A DNA stretch of 32,000 nucleotides, taken from NCBI RefSeq assembly GCF_000146505.1, contig NC_017448.1, positions 3,000,001 to 3,032,000 on the forward strand, in the 5' to 3' direction. Both the position numbers and the translations under genes were made by a program. The notes under the pieces are model-generated. The model had not been told where the DNA came from and searched no databases. It was given only the letters and a program-made list of their open reading frames with translations. Positions 31,535 through 32,000 of the stretch are shown in pieces. Source of the DNA: Fibrobacter succinogenes subsp. succinogenes S85. Lineage in GTDB: Bacteria > Fibrobacterota > Fibrobacteria > Fibrobacterales > Fibrobacteraceae. Positions within the stretch are counted from its first letter, which is position 1; every line of letters starts with the position of its first letter.

Positions 31535-32000
31535 ATGGACGTAATGAAGATTGACTATGACTTGTTCAAGAAAATCTTGAAAGAGATTCCATCGAATATT
31601 TTCTTCAAGGACACCGAATGCCGCTACGTTTTTTCGACGCATTACTGGCGCCACCTTCAAGGTGCCGAGGATCCTTCGTGGGATATTGCCGGCAAGACCG
31701 ACCTGGAAATCCGCAAGGATAAGGAAAACGCAAAACTCGCGATGGAACAGGATCGCGAAATTCTCCGTACAGGCAAGGGAACGCAGTACGTCATTGAAAT
31801 CAATCAGGATGGCGTGACTGAATTTTTGGAACTCATCAAGAATCCGGTTCGCGATGACGATGGCAATATTATTGGTATTGTGGGTCTTATCAACAACGTG
31901 ACCGAAAAAGTCTTGCTCGAAAAGAAACTCGAAAAGTATGCTCACACCGACATGCTCACGGGCTTGTACAACCGTAATTATTTTGAAGAATGGGTTTCGA
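31535..32000 (+). CDS. PAS-domain diguanylate cyclase (N-terminal part; the 3' end runs off the window)
   Basis: Absent from the ORF track because it is open at the window edge. ATG 31535 follows GAAGGAG. The PAS-like segment IPSNIFFKDTECRYVFST...NPVRDDDGNIIGIVGLINNVTE is followed by DMLTGLYNRNYF, which is the start of a GGDEF domain. Confidence 0.7.
   Translation, partial: MDVMKIDYDLFKKILKEIPSNIFFKDTECRYVFSTHYWRHLQGAEDPSWDIAGKTDLEIRKDKENAKLAMEQDREILRTGKGTQYVIEINQDGVTEFLELIKNPVRDDDGNIIGIVGLINNVTEKVLLEKKLEKYAHTDMLTGLYNRNYFEEWVS

Noticed and set aside
31391-31945. Upstream extension of the ybaK ORF to 352 aa
   Set aside because: YbaK homology starts at MDIKKTNAARILD (31390). The extension is antisense to the PAS-GGDEF gene, which has a strong RBS.
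1-32000. Search for tRNA, rRNA, CRISPR arrays, IS elements and integrases
   Set aside because: I saw no T-loop-like GGTTCGAATCC-type motifs outside coding context, no regularly spaced direct repeats with spacers, and no transposase- or integrase-like ORFs on either strand.

Overview
The window looks like a chromosomal segment from a Fibrobacter-like (Fibrobacterota) polysaccharide degrader. That assignment is an inference from gene content: paralogous lipoprotein families I associate with F. succinogenes, many secreted glycoside hydrolases and CBM-like modules, and about 50% GC. I support about 31 protein genes.

Housekeeping genes: recF, mscL, coaE, thrS, ybaK, a rubredoxin missing from the ORF track, an Sfp-type PPTase, and a partial GlgA-like synthase at the left edge.

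Envelope genes: a porin-like barrel, and a tightly coupled operon encoding a LolA-like protein, a beta-propeller protein with a FlgD-Ig-like C-terminal domain (CTD), and a PorV-like barrel. This operon runs directly into recF.

Carbohydrate-active genes: a 973-aa clan GH-A enzyme with an inserted discoidin domain, and a GH16 lipoprotein.

Signalling genes: two GGDEF proteins.

Large lipoproteins of unknown function: one DUF2341 + CBM-like protein coupled to a TIGR02147/DUF4423-like protein, and one 902-aa fusion of FGE-sulfatase, TolB-like propeller and SGNH-like domains.

Accessory stretch: 17.65-22.7 kb is visibly AT-richer. It carries an acyltransferase, a class A acid phosphatase, two orphan proteins, an ORF6N remnant, and a HigB toxin paired with an HTH-ImmA/IrrE fusion antitoxin.

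Non-coding signals that look most worth follow-up:
- Heptanucleotide arrays (TAGTCAW / CTAATNN) sit directly on or next to three stop codons and place stops in all frames on both strands.
- Two copies of a roughly 40-bp inverted-repeat unit (TTACGTGAAAA ... TTTTCACGTAA) plus an orphan terminator lie in a 476-bp convergent intergenic region.
- An in-frame TAG splits the second copy of a tandem domain in the 13526-14536 gene.
- G/C-tract hairpins lie in the thrS leader.

I found no rRNA, tRNA, CRISPR array, transposase or integrase. All homology calls come from motif recognition by eye and none was confirmed by a search.
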